A DNA stretch of 64,000 nt from a virus, in IMG/VR virus record IMGVR_UViG_3300028920_000050, positions 1-64,000 of that record, one strand, 5' to 3'. Shown piece by piece: positions 1 to 10,207 of this stretch. Position 1 is the first letter of the stretch; each line of letters begins with the position of its first letter. The notes under the pieces were generated by a model. It was not told where the DNA came from, searched no databases, and was given only the letters and a program-made list of their open reading frames with translations. A program made the position numbers and the translations under genes.

Positions 1-62
1 TCATCCGCTAAACAGTAACACTAAAATCATATCAATATAATCACGAATAAATAGTCTTAATT

Positions 63-1445
63 CTAATGACATTTCTTCCTCTTTATTTTATACTTTTTAA
101 TAAAATAAACTATAATAACAACCACCATCCCTGTAGCAAGTATAATAATAATACACAGTACAAAAATTAATGATATAAGTGCCGCCTTCTTACGTTTTGT
201 AACCTCTTCATTCCTTAGTTCAGCAGCTATGCCTTTGAATATACTGAAGCCCTCTTTGAAAACAAGCTTCCATAATTTTTCTCCGCTTTTACCAAGACCA
301 ATAAGCTTACGATACTCATCATCAACCATTCTATGTTTTTCTCGTAACAATTTATAGTCAGCTGTCTGTTCTATATAATACTCATTAGTCATAGCAATAT
401 AGGCTGTCTCCCGCTTTTCCATACGGTCAGCTATGAAGATCATTTTCTTTACATACTTATGTGTATAAATAAAGTTCCACTCCATACGGGAACACTCCGC
501 CTCATACCGAACAAGCCAGGACTTGTCTATGTAAACTTTCGTGGTAAACTTCTCAAACTGACTGTTGTATGCGTTCCACACTCCATAATAGTTAAGGGGA
601 TCACGTGCAAACTCTTCCGGTGTACCTTTGTTAAATCTGAACTCTTCTGGCAGAGGAACTCCTGCCAAGTAGTAATCATAGATCCTACCTATACCCCAAT
701 GAATTGCGGGGATATACCATGATGGATCATTATTAAACTTAATACGAGCATCCCATAGAAGGATATACATTACCTTTAGTGCATTTAAGGGATCAAACAT
801 ATCCTCGATACTACTATATTTAAAACCAAATACTTGTGCAAGATGTGGAGGCATGTCTTTAGTAACTACCAACCAAGCATGGTCGATAGCCTCTCTTCTA
901 AACTGAAATACTCCTGCTTCAAGTATCATGTAATACTCATACTTAGTTATGGGTCCAACCTTCACCTTAACAGTCTTTGCAAGATAAGGAGTATCCGCAT
1001 TTTCCAGTTTTTTATAAGTACGAGCATTTGGCGCTCCACCTGTCTCTTTTACAGCAAAAGTTATTGCTTGAAAAGGCGGACATGAAATAAGACGAGAATA
1101 CCTTATGTTTAATCTCCAGAACTCAGTCTGTACAGTATGGTGCATACCCTGCTCGTTATAAAACTTTGGCTTACCTACAAAACTCTTAGTATATTTTTTA
1201 CAATGATCAGCAAAGATCTCACTGCTCATTTTATATACCCTATTATAACGGTCAGCTGAGCTTAGTATCTGTGCCAGTGTTCTTTGGTCATCTACATAGT
1301 GATATTTATCAACTACCATCTTCACTCTATCCCCACCATCCTTATGAAAATATACTGCAAGGAAAGTAGAGAACAAGAACATAAAAAAGAAACATACTGC
1401 ACAAACAAATGTTATTGTCAGTAATCTACGGAAGTTTAACTGCAT
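63..1445 (-). CDS. Membrane-anchored lytic transglycosylase (SLT)-like protein
   Basis: Hydrophobic helices at both termini; central lysozyme-like motifs KETGG..NA, EAGVFQF, DMFDPLNA, AIHWGIG. Confidence 0.55.
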   Translation of the reverse strand: MQLNFRRLLTITFVCAVCFFFMFLFSTFLAVYFHKDGGDRVKMVVDKYHYVDDQRTLAQILSSADRYNRVYKMSSEIFADHCKKYTKSFVGKPKFYNEQGMHHTVQTEFWRLNIRYSRLISCPPFQAITFAVKETGGAPNARTYKKLENADTPYLAKTVKVKVGPITKYEYYMILEAGVFQFRREAIDHAWLVVTKDMPPHLAQVFGFKYSSIEDMFDPLNALKVMYILLWDARIKFNNDPSWYIPAIHWGIGRIYDYYLAGVPLPEEFRFNKGTPEEFARDPLNYYGVWNAYNSQFEKFTTKVYIDKSWLVRYEAECSRMEWNFIYTHKYVKKMIFIADRMEKRETAYIAMTNEYYIEQTADYKLLREKHRMVDDEYRKLIGLGKSGEKLWKLVFKEGFSIFKGIAAELRNEEVTKRKKAALISLIFVLCIIIILATGMVVVIIVYFIKKYKIKRKKCH

Positions 1446-1474
1446 ACCTACTACCTATTATAATGGAAAACTTA

Positions 1475-2830
1475 TCAAAAGTCCACTTCATCATCTGACT
1501 TATTAGCCTGCTCTATGGCCTGAAGTGTTTCTTCACCTTCTATCTCACCAATAGTCTGATCGAAGTTCATCTCATTAAGATGCCAATTAAAGGTAACTGA
1601 AACAATAGGACACTCCCTAGCTACAATACTTATAAGTTGGTTCTGCCCTCCAAGTCTTAGTTCCTCAGACCTATTAAGTGCAAACACTATATCGGGATCT
1701 TGCAGATAGGATACTGTACCGCCTATGTCCTTGTCCTGCGGTTTATATCCCTTCTTCTTTTTACCCATACTGCCCCGGCCCATCTGAACAGTTGCTACTC
1801 CAATCTTATTTGTTTCAAGCATAAAGTTCTTCATGGCTCGTGAGTTCTGTTGCAGATCCCTCCACCCGCCATGATCTATAGGTGTATTGGCTTCCAGTAA
1901 ATAAAGACCATCGATCCATAGCAGATCCGGGTCGTGCTTCTTGACCAGATACTTTATCCAGTTCATATTGTAGCTTCCGGTAAACTCAGAAGAAGCAGCT
2001 GGTGACTCAAACCGAAACCAGTTCTTCTTCTTCTTCAGTTTATTTTCAAGTGCTCTGAAGATGGCTTTCAGCTCTCTCGGTGTATACTCCTTACGGGTCC
2101 ACTTTGTATAATGAGCATCCACCAAGCACGCATAGTGTCTGGTCTGCATTTCATACTCACTCATCTCAAGTGGTACGCATAGTACATTCTGTCCATGAAG
2201 ATCGTATGCCTGTGTGCAGTCCTCCATAGCAGTAAAGGTCTTACCTGCTTTAGATATACCTGTGTACATAATAAAGTTACCAGGATGCTTCCCTCTCGTT
2301 GCCTTTGTAATAGTTGGCCAGGGGTAAGGAACCCCCATAGTAGTATCACGATACTTACTCTCATAGTCAGGCAGACTCTCCGCAGTAGTCTTACCCGTAG
2401 TCGGACTGTATACCGTATTAAACCTGTCTATAAAAGATACAGCCTGCCTTCGTATCTCCACAAAATGATCATTCTGCAAAGACATCTCTGCTTTCTCAAT
2501 AAAAGAAACAGTCTCCCGTTCCTCATACATTCTACGGAAAGCATCATAGTAATACTGTACTGTTTCACCTGACTTTCTTAATTCTATATTCGGGAACTCA
2601 AGTGTAAATGTTTTTATACTTGGCAGCTTATTATACTTAAGTCTGTGATCTATTATAAACTGCATCTCCCTGTGATACTCCCCCAACAACTTCGTGTTGA
2701 AATTTCTCTCAAGCAGGTAGTCTACTGCCTTTTTATCTTTTAAGCATAACGATACAGCTTCTAGTTCTACGTCACCGCCTCTGTGGATCAGTGCTTCTTC
2801 TTCTGGTTTCTTCCTTTTTCGTTTAGCCAT
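1475..2830 (-). CDS. dnaB: DnaB-like replicative helicase
   Basis: GVPYPWPTI..TRG, Walker A GISKAGKT, LEMS, Walker B LWIDGLY, QDPD motif. Confidence 0.9.
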   Translation of the reverse strand: MAKRKRKKPEEEALIHRGGDVELEAVSLCLKDKKAVDYLLERNFNTKLLGEYHREMQFIIDHRLKYNKLPSIKTFTLEFPNIELRKSGETVQYYYDAFRRMYEERETVSFIEKAEMSLQNDHFVEIRRQAVSFIDRFNTVYSPTTGKTTAESLPDYESKYRDTTMGVPYPWPTITKATRGKHPGNFIMYTGISKAGKTFTAMEDCTQAYDLHGQNVLCVPLEMSEYEMQTRHYACLVDAHYTKWTRKEYTPRELKAIFRALENKLKKKKNWFRFESPAASSEFTGSYNMNWIKYLVKKHDPDLLWIDGLYLLEANTPIDHGGWRDLQQNSRAMKNFMLETNKIGVATVQMGRGSMGKKKKGYKPQDKDIGGTVSYLQDPDIVFALNRSEELRLGGQNQLISIVARECPIVSVTFNWHLNEMNFDQTIGEIEGEETLQAIEQANKSDDEVDF

Positions 2831-2838
2831 TATATCTC

Positions 2839-3228
2839 CTAAAATAATTCGTCAAGAAGATTATACCACCCTTTAAACTTAATACCTGTACTTAACTGGA
2901 GATCAGTCTGGTGGACAATATAATCTATATCATACATCTTACTAAAAAAATCAGCACGCATACCTTTCTCATAAGTTAAATAATTAAAGATAGGATAATC
3001 AACTGCTTTAAAAAAATCCTGCTCTCTATCATTCAACTTACGATTAAAAGTTATAACAAAAATAGTATACAAATAGTTCCAAGATATTGTATATAAAACC
3101 TTCCTGGCGCCAAGCACCGGACGGTACTTTGAAAACTTCCATATACCTTTTTTGTCATAAAAGCACTCAGCCTGTATAGCTATAGAGTGCTGCGCTGTAT
3201 TTAAACCTTTTATTTCACCACGTATCAT
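2839..3228 (-). CDS. Hypothetical protein
   Basis: ORF tightly coupled within the replication operon. Confidence 0.6.
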   Translation of the reverse strand: MIRGEIKGLNTAQHSIAIQAECFYDKKGIWKFSKYRPVLGARKVLYTISWNYLYTIFVITFNRKLNDREQDFFKAVDYPIFNYLTYEKGMRADFFSKMYDIDYIVHQTDLQLSTGIKFKGWYNLLDELF

Positions 3229-3773
3229 AGTGGGACTTTAGTAGTTATGTCCAAGCACCCTAATATAAACTTTGCAAAAGGATTATCTTCATCAGCTTCA
3301 AGAGCTTCTGTAAAATCACTACTATGAAACTCTACAAGTGTGATCTTTTTAGAACCTATTCGCTCAAGAAGTATAGAAGCTATAGTTGTTAGAACTTGCT
3401 TAGGTACAAGGTGATTTACAACCAGAAGATCCGCAAACTCCATAATGAGAAAGTCTGCCCCCTGTAATCTTTCCAAACCATCGTTTTCAAACTTAACAAA
3501 CATATTCATATTTGATATTTGAATGGTTTTGTGACCTTCGTACTTCACAAGGAAGTATTTGACTACGTATGCATTTAACATACATATTGATTTGATAATA
3601 TCTTCTGTCTGAGAGGTAGGCTTAAGCACACAAAGGCCCTCCGCAGCCTTAATGCGGTCCAGTGCCCTTGCTATATGTTTTGGAATATCCTTCATGTGCA
3701 CATCAAGGTATTCCTCACGCACCCCCCGATAAAGAAGTGACTCGTGTGATAATATTAAATCAGTACTCGGCAT
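3225..3773 (-). CDS. Possible degenerate DnaC/IstB-like helicase loader
   Basis: ADFLIMEFAD and ILLER..KITL segments resemble DnaC C-terminal motifs, no intact Walker A; near the helicase. Confidence 0.3.
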   Translation of the reverse strand: MPSTDLILSHESLLYRGVREEYLDVHMKDIPKHIARALDRIKAAEGLCVLKPTSQTEDIIKSICMLNAYVVKYFLVKYEGHKTIQISNMNMFVKFENDGLERLQGADFLIMEFADLLVVNHLVPKQVLTTIASILLERIGSKKITLVEFHSSDFTEALEADEDNPFAKFILGCLDITTKVPL

Positions 3774-3808
3774 AATTACTCTCCGTTGCTTGCTTCAAAT
3801 GTAAGATC

Positions 3809-4807
3809 TTACTTTACTACAGAATATTTAATGTTAACATGAAAAAGCCTTTTCTCGTTAATCATGTTCTGTATAATTTTCTTCATATCTGCCTGTTTGT
3901 ACCCTTTTATGGGCAATATGCAGATATTCAACTCCTCGTCCCGCAAAAAAGACTCAATCAGTTTACGGTAAACCACTTCCCGGATCTTATCGTTAAGTGT
4001 TATTTTAAAGAGAGGTTGCTTAACATCAAACTTAATTGTCTTTGTCGGAGTTTTTTCAGTTATTAACTGATAGTCCCCCCACACATTAAGCATATTGAAA
4101 CAAGCAGTACATGCATTACACCACTTGGCCTTACGGTCTGACTTTGAACTGCACACTTTACGTGGTAGGGTCTTGGCACCAAGATGTTTATTAATAATAG
4201 ACATCTTATTAAGAGCATCCTTCTGCATATCAGGATCTGCTTTTATCAACTGTTCCTTCCATGTATTATCATTCTTGTTTTCTTTTATCAGAATGATCTC
4301 CTTTTTACCCTTCATCATCATATACACCTGTGCCTGATAAGCATACTCAGGCCATAGATTAGGATTATCGTAAGACCGCCAGTTCATACTCTTTATTTCA
4401 ATAAGGTAGACCTTCCCGTCATTAAGTGTAATACTGCCGTCAAGTTGTGCTACAATATTCTTGAACTTGTGAAGCCTTTTATCCGCAGCGTCCACCGCCT
4501 TCACCTGTTCCTCAAAAACACAGCTCTTAATCTTACCCTCTTCCTTGGCAAGCTGAATGTAGCCCTGTATCCTGTCATGAGTATCATCCCCGTTATGAAA
4601 TTTGCGGAAGGTGTCAGCAGAAAAAGGATCTAACTCTACATTTAACATCATAAGCACCTGCTTACGCAGACACCCGCCAAGCTGTGACGGATAGATCCCC
4701 ACATGCCTCATACGGTTATGCGTAAAGAAATCTACTATAACCCTGTCAAGTATAGGCAATAACTTCTCATCCGCTTTTGCTTTCTTCATTATTGAATTGA
4801 TACTCAT
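3809..4807 (-). CDS. Cas4-like PD-(D/E)XK exonuclease
   Basis: YPSQLGGC.RK, DG, IEIKS, YQAQVYM and C-terminal C..CxxCxxC Fe-S ligands. Confidence 0.85.
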   Translation of the reverse strand: MSINSIMKKAKADEKLLPILDRVIVDFFTHNRMRHVGIYPSQLGGCLRKQVLMMLNVELDPFSADTFRKFHNGDDTHDRIQGYIQLAKEEGKIKSCVFEEQVKAVDAADKRLHKFKNIVAQLDGSITLNDGKVYLIEIKSMNWRSYDNPNLWPEYAYQAQVYMMMKGKKEIILIKENKNDNTWKEQLIKADPDMQKDALNKMSIINKHLGAKTLPRKVCSSKSDRKAKWCNACTACFNMLNVWGDYQLITEKTPTKTIKFDVKQPLFKITLNDKIREVVYRKLIESFLRDEELNICILPIKGYKQADMKKIIQNMINEKRLFHVNIKYSVVK

Positions 4808-5406
4808 TACTTTCTCCTTATCTCTTTAAATTATTGACACGTTTAATTACATCATCAAGTTCACTGGCAGAAACTACATGACAATCCCACGCCATAGTGG
4901 TTATCTTAAGTCCCTCAATAGGCTTACAGTCTTTAGAGAACATCTGCTGCATAATCCACTCTGCCCCCTTGATATCCATAACCTCAACCGTGAGGATTAA
5001 TCTCTTCTTATCAAGTATGTCCTGTGTTGCTTTCTTGTGCATAGCTTCTATTTTCTTAATAGCATCCTCACCTGGATCTTTAGCCTTTTTTTTCATAGAA
5101 CCTGTCTTTTTACCTATACCTTTATCTTTACCTTTAATTTTTCCCGGCATCTTTTTCCTCCTGTACCTTTTTAATAATTGAAAGTGACCTATTTATCTGT
5201 TCCTGCCACCTTCCACGATCATTTATACCGTGATCCTTATAGAAGTCTGTTATATAAACAATCTTCCCTTTGAGATTAAAAATCAAAACAGACGTATCAT
5301 CATCACTATCCATAAGTAGTTCTTCTTTTGCTTCTTTAAGTGTAGGATACCCCTGCACCTTGGGACACCCGAACCTGTAACATAGTGTAAAAAACTTACG
5401 TTTCAT

Positions 5407-5844
5407 TTATTCCTCCACAAGTGTTACTTTAAGTTTTAAGTTATACTTTTTAAAATCAAGCAACAATACAGGGTTCACCCCTTGTGCGTATGCTTGGCCT
5501 TGGAGCTTGTTCCACATTTCGACAGTAACTGAGATACTTTTTTTATCTGTCGATTTAATGTCATACATATTCTGATCGTCCTTAAGATCACCTTTATCAA
5601 ATGGAGTCGCCCCGCTGTTCTTTGTCTGCTTCAGCCCTAATTTCTTCGACAACTCTTTCTCTCTTCGATTTGCAGTCCGCTTCACTGTATTTCTTTTTCT
5701 TCGTCCAGAAAAGCCCGTACTCTTTGTCATAGAACCACTCCCACCATTTTTTCTTAAGAAACAGGAAGTCACATCCTGCTGCCACATAGCTTCTGAGTTC
5801 CTCTGCCATACTTGGAGTAAGCTTTCCCCAAAAGTAGACATCAA
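5407..5844 (-). CDS. Holliday junction resolvase-like PD-(D/E)XK nuclease (true start probably downstream)
   Basis: RE.ELSK, NSGA, KGD, YDIKST motifs. Confidence 0.6.
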   Translation of the reverse strand: MMSTFGESLLQVWQRNSEAMWQQDVTSCFLRKNGGSGSMTKSTGFSGRRKRNTVKRTANRREKELSKKLGLKQTKNSGATPFDKGDLKDDQNMYDIKSTDKKSISVTVEMWNKLQGQAYAQGVNPVLLLDFKKYNLKLKVTLVEE

Positions 5845-6115
5845 TATAGATCTTTACACGCTGAAGTGCCTTGAACTTATACACCTTTATCTTGGCAGCC
5901 CGAAAATACTTCTTTACTATTTTGCGGAACTCCTTGGTAGTAACAGGTGTTGTGTTAAGACCTATCTCACCCTGATTTATTGATTGCTTCATTCATCCTC
6001 CTCATCCTTCATTGTTTTAACAGTAATAAAAAATAAAATAAGGCCGGAAGCTGACCCAATGCCTAAGCCTATAATTATCCACTTTATTATTCTTATTAAC
6101 TCTTTAGGAACATAG

Positions 6116-6475
6116 TTAATTATGTTGTGTACCATTAATGCCTCCGCAGTCTTTACGAATTATATCACTTGATATTGGCTCAGTGTAATAAATCTCAAGT
6201 GCATAAGTTTCTTCAAGTGCTTCAAACTTATGAAACTGTCCTGGCTTCACACTAGTTTTCTGCCCAGGCAATAGTATAGTAGTATCAGTAAGCTTGTAAT
6301 CTGTTTTCTCTACAGTTACTCTAAGATGACCGCTATCAACATAAAACAGATTGTGCTTATGCTCGTGCTTGTGCATAGAACAGAACCCACCTTTTCCTAT
6401 AAAGATCCTGTGTACCTCACAATTACTATTCTTGAATATCAGTTCTGTGGTTCCCCACACTTTCCCCTCTATCAT
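6116..6475 (-). CDS. Cupin (sugar isomerase-like)
   Basis: KVWG, CSMHKH..KHNLFYV.SG, PGQFHKF cupin motifs. Confidence 0.8.
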   Translation of the reverse strand: MIEGKVWGTTELIFKNSNCEVHRIFIGKGGFCSMHKHEHKHNLFYVDSGHLRVTVEKTDYKLTDTTILLPGQKTSVKPGQFHKFEALEETYALEIYYTEPISSDIIRKDCGGINGTQHN

Positions 6476-6810
6476 GCCTTATCTCCATTTACAGAAAAGA
6501 TCCGCCTTTCTTCTACAGGTAACCCAATACTCTCAGAATACTTTTTGGCAGCAAGCATACCTTCCGAGTACCCATAATCAATATAGAACACATGCTTGGT
6601 AGCTACAAGAAGCCAAGCAAGCCCTGCCCGTATTCCATGCTTTCTCTCTTCTGGTACATTGTCATCAAGTATACCTTCCTGTGTATAAAGAAGATGAGAA
6701 GCAATAGGTGCTTCCCCTCTCATCAGGCTGTTACGCACACACAGTCTTGCGTACTTTACATTTTTCTCCACAGCCCCCGCATAGGGACTCTCAAGAACCA
6801 CTAGTTCCAT
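6472..6810 (-). CDS. Conserved phage protein, nucleoside deoxyribosyltransferase-like fold
   Basis: ESPYAG..N..YAR, PIASHLLY, SEGM motifs. Confidence 0.6.
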   Translation of the reverse strand: MELVVLESPYAGAVEKNVKYARLCVRNSLMRGEAPIASHLLYTQEGILDDNVPEERKHGIRAGLAWLLVATKHVFYIDYGYSEGMLAAKKYSESIGLPVEERRIFSVNGDKA

Positions 6811-7279
6811 TACTACCTCCAGTTTCCTTTAGTGCTTTACCTAAGTCATAAGTAAGACCTTCTATCCTTTGTACATGATCATGGTTGACAGTATCGTGCA
6901 TTATAGTCCTGTATTTACTAAGTGACTTTATTGCCTTCTTAATAATTGACTTTAGTATCTTCTTGTGAAGCCTAAGCTTTTCAATTATACCTCTTGCTTC
7001 ATCCCCGCCAACTGCATCATACTTGATTTGTAAGATCTTACATTTATTCTCAAGCTTTTTAATAAGGCAAGGTGCACAGAGACCTGCTCCATGCACTTCG
7101 CCTTTACAACCCGATGTACCACACTGATATCTAGCTACCACATCTGTACTCCTTTCGATCTATTAAATCAAGTATCCTTTGAAGCCACTCTCGATACATT
7201 ATACCTAATTTAAAAGGTATGGCATACCGCTTGTGAACCTTTTTACATATAGGACACTCCCACCCTGTAAGTAAACTCT

Positions 7280-7810
7280 TCATCTTCCCTTCCTGAACTC
7301 TACTATTAATGATGGAAATGTAGCAGGGTTTTTCTTCTTCGTGCCGTAAAGCTTATTAAACTTACCGTCAAGCTTCTTCTGCTTCCATACCCACCGCCAG
7401 TATTTATCCGTACCGAACACCAGCCGGCCAGGAACAAACTGAATGTACTTGACATGCGGACGGAACTTAAGCTTCTTTGCATCCCACACGTAATTATGAT
7501 ACCACTTGGTATCTGTGCGTGCAGCAATAAGGAGAACGGCCACTTTGCACCCGTTCTTCATCACTTCATCATAGGCTTTCTTAACCCACTTCCCCACATC
7601 TTTAAAAGGCGGGTTAATAAAAACCTTCTTACCTTTCCATGACTGCTTAAGACCGTCCTGTTTCTCATTGAAGTATGTTTTACATACTGCATTGTCTTTC
7701 TCAGCACAGGGATCTAAAGTAAACTTGTACTTCTTATTGAGTTCCCGAAACAGATCTCTTGGTGTAGCCCACGCTTGATTTTTACTACTGAACATTAACT
7801 CTTTATTCAT
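7280..7810 (-). CDS. Phage Dam-family DNA N6-adenine methyltransferase
   Basis: W.TP..LF, LDPCA, DGL...W, NPPF catalytic motif, ARTDT.W. Confidence 0.9.
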   Translation of the reverse strand: MNKELMFSSKNQAWATPRDLFRELNKKYKFTLDPCAEKDNAVCKTYFNEKQDGLKQSWKGKKVFINPPFKDVGKWVKKAYDEVMKNGCKVAVLLIAARTDTKWYHNYVWDAKKLKFRPHVKYIQFVPGRLVFGTDKYWRWVWKQKKLDGKFNKLYGTKKKNPATFPSLIVEFRKGR

Positions 7811-8313
7811 TACTTACTCCTTATCTAAGTCACACTTACAAGTGGGACACTTATGTTTATAAAAATCCGCAGTTGCCTGATCACACTTAAGCTCACAGTT
7901 ACAACATCTGTAAACATCTTCAACCTCAGATACACTTAAAAGAATAATCTTAAGGGCAATAGACTTGTTCGGCCTGTTTGACAGTTTAAAATAATTATCA
8001 ACACATAGCTCATTCTGAACTCTAAGTATTCCTTTCTCAGTTTTATAGTTGAAATCTATATCCTCTATAAAATTGGAACACCCAGCCACCCCGTCCTGAG
8101 CATGAAAATGATATGATATAAATACCTTCATGATTTACTCCTCTTTAAAGTATGTTTTCCCCACACTACAAAACCTTTACCTTTCTTGATAAACGGACCG
8201 TGACATTTACTAAGTGACATTTGATTATCAAACTTGCCGTTCTTTGCACAATTCTTATTGTAATGTCTGCTATAAAAGCACTCTCTACAATGATCATAAA
8301 CTACTGGCATGCT

Positions 8314-9672
8314 TTACTCCTTCTTTAATAGTTGAGATTTAATTTCTTTAAAGTGGCGCTTGTTTTTTAGGAGCCAGGCATATAGCTTTTCTTTGCCTTG
8401 GAACTTATGCCCCTTGTACTTAAACCAGCCACCGCTTTGTCCGAACACGTCACACTGAAGGCCGACATCAAATATTTCAGAGTTCTCATCAATCTGGTAT
8501 TTCTTGATACCCAAGGAGGGTATATCTTGAGTATAGATATTGAAGTTGAACCAGTTGAAAGGGAGTCCCTGCTTGTCTTTATATATCTCAACGTTAGTCG
8601 AAAATCCAACGAACTTTTTGTTGTGCTTGAGTCGCTCAGGATTTTTAAACTTAAGCCTTTCAAGTGCCATATATCCCACCCCAAGCCCTCCAGTAGCTTT
8701 GAGATTATTGTCAGCAAAAACCTTAACCATACGGAGATCAGTACTAAGCTGATTAATAAGCATGAGACAGCACCACGCAATATTATTCTCATCAGTTAAA
8801 CTCCCTTCATTAAATCTTGTTACGATCTTTCGCACAAGTTTATTATTCATTCTGGCCTTTACCGCCATTGAGTGCTCAGTAAACTGCTTGGACATTTCCT
8901 CCCCGGTAAGAGAGGCGGCAATACTGTCGTACACAATAAAGTTGGCTATCTTCTGCGTGATTAGATCATCAAGTATCTGGTAGCCCTCCTCACTGTCGCG
9001 TGGGCGGTGGTATAGTAAACGGGAAATGTCTACACCCATCTCAATGAAGAACTTCATAAGGACAGACTGTTTCTTTTTAGCATCCCCGCCTTTAAATGAG
9101 ATCCACCCTTCCTTTGACAGAGCAGATAGAGCAGAGTTCTCAGCATCAAGAAAAGCACACACACGTTCTTCGTAGTCACCACAGCTAGGGCAGATCCGCT
9201 TATTACCTTCTATCTTAAATGGAGTATTACACCTATTACACAACCTCTGGTTTACAGCTATGTTCTTTATACACCACCAAGTCTTACCGCACTGGTTCGG
9301 TCCGGTGATCTCAATGATACCGCCCATATAGGTTCCCCCGCCCATTACAACGTCATGAGCAAAAGAACAGGTAGGTATCCTACGGATCGTTACCGCACGT
9401 ACATCCTTAGCGAGAGCAATAGTCCCTTCGCCGAACTTATCGTTCAGCTTTTTAAGATGTTTCGCAAGGTTTTTAGTACCGTCAGGATTAACCGGCTTAT
9501 TGGAGATTTTTGTTTCCACAACATCTGTTGATACTTCTCCTTCCTCCGCTGTTCCCTTCGACTTAACCTCTTGGGTCTTAGTTTTCGTTGCCTTTGCTTC
9601 CTTTCCCTTCGACTTTTTCTTCGCTGCACGCTTTTTCTCCTTCTTTTTTGTTACCACGAACTTCCTTGGCAT
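8314..9672 (-). CDS. recA: RecA-like recombinase with Zn-ribbon insertion
   Basis: IIEITGPNQCGKT, AFLDAE, IVYDSIAA, LINQL, TGG motifs. Confidence 0.9.
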   Translation of the reverse strand: MPRKFVVTKKKEKKRAAKKKSKGKEAKATKTKTQEVKSKGTAEEGEVSTDVVETKISNKPVNPDGTKNLAKHLKKLNDKFGEGTIALAKDVRAVTIRRIPTCSFAHDVVMGGGTYMGGIIEITGPNQCGKTWWCIKNIAVNQRLCNRCNTPFKIEGNKRICPSCGDYEERVCAFLDAENSALSALSKEGWISFKGGDAKKKQSVLMKFFIEMGVDISRLLYHRPRDSEEGYQILDDLITQKIANFIVYDSIAASLTGEEMSKQFTEHSMAVKARMNNKLVRKIVTRFNEGSLTDENNIAWCCLMLINQLSTDLRMVKVFADNNLKATGGLGVGYMALERLKFKNPERLKHNKKFVGFSTNVEIYKDKQGLPFNWFNFNIYTQDIPSLGIKKYQIDENSEIFDVGLQCDVFGQSGGWFKYKGHKFQGKEKLYAWLLKNKRHFKEIKSQLLKKE

Positions 9673-9696
9673 AAGGTTCCCTCCAAATGTAAGATC

Positions 9697-9855
9697 TTAC
9701 TTTTCACTTTCTTCTTTGCAGTGGAAAAGATACTGCTTGAACAAACAGAACAGAGAACAGAACTTAAGTCCTGGAAAACTTTTATGTGCGATCCATATTT
9801 TCTTCTTAATGTTTAGATATTCTACGCACTTTTTGTAGCTACATTTAACTTTCAT
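9697..9855 (-). CDS. Small Cys-rich (TRASH/YHS-like) protein, 52 aa, not in the ORF track
   Basis: Translated by hand: MKVKCSYKKC...FCSLFC...ESEK*; its TAA stop lies inside a GTAAGATCTTAC palindrome. Confidence 0.55.
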   Translation of the reverse strand: MKVKCSYKKCVEYLNIKKKIWIAHKSFPGLKFCSLFCLFKQYLFHCKEESEK

Positions 9856-10207
9856 TGTCCCGTTTTCCCTCCATCTTTAATATTATCTTTGACATGACTT
9901 CTTCCATTTTACTGTAAGCCCCGCCATAGATAGCACCTACATAGTAGTCACAGTCCTTATGGATCTGTTTCTGAAATGCAGGCTTGTGATTTGAGAACCG
10001 TACCTTAACAGTCTGGTCCTTGTAAGTAACATAAATGTACTTGCTAACTGTAGTCTTGGCAGGATGTAGCTGTACCTTATATCCACGCTTAAGAAGTTCA
10101 ATACAGAACCTCCCCCACTTGGGCATAGGGTAATTGCCTTTGTACCTTGCATGATAGTTCTTAACAAACCTTTCTGTTACTTCAATCATCCTTTCGCCTC
10201 CCCCCAA
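9845..10207 (-). CDS. Hypothetical protein
   Basis: Coupled ORF; SKYIY...VRFSNH motif. Confidence 0.55.
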   Translation of the reverse strand: MGGGERMIEVTERFVKNYHARYKGNYPMPKWGRFCIELLKRGYKVQLHPAKTTVSKYIYVTYKDQTVKVRFSNHKPAFQKQIHKDCDYYVGAIYGGAYSKMEEVMSKIILKMEGKRDNES

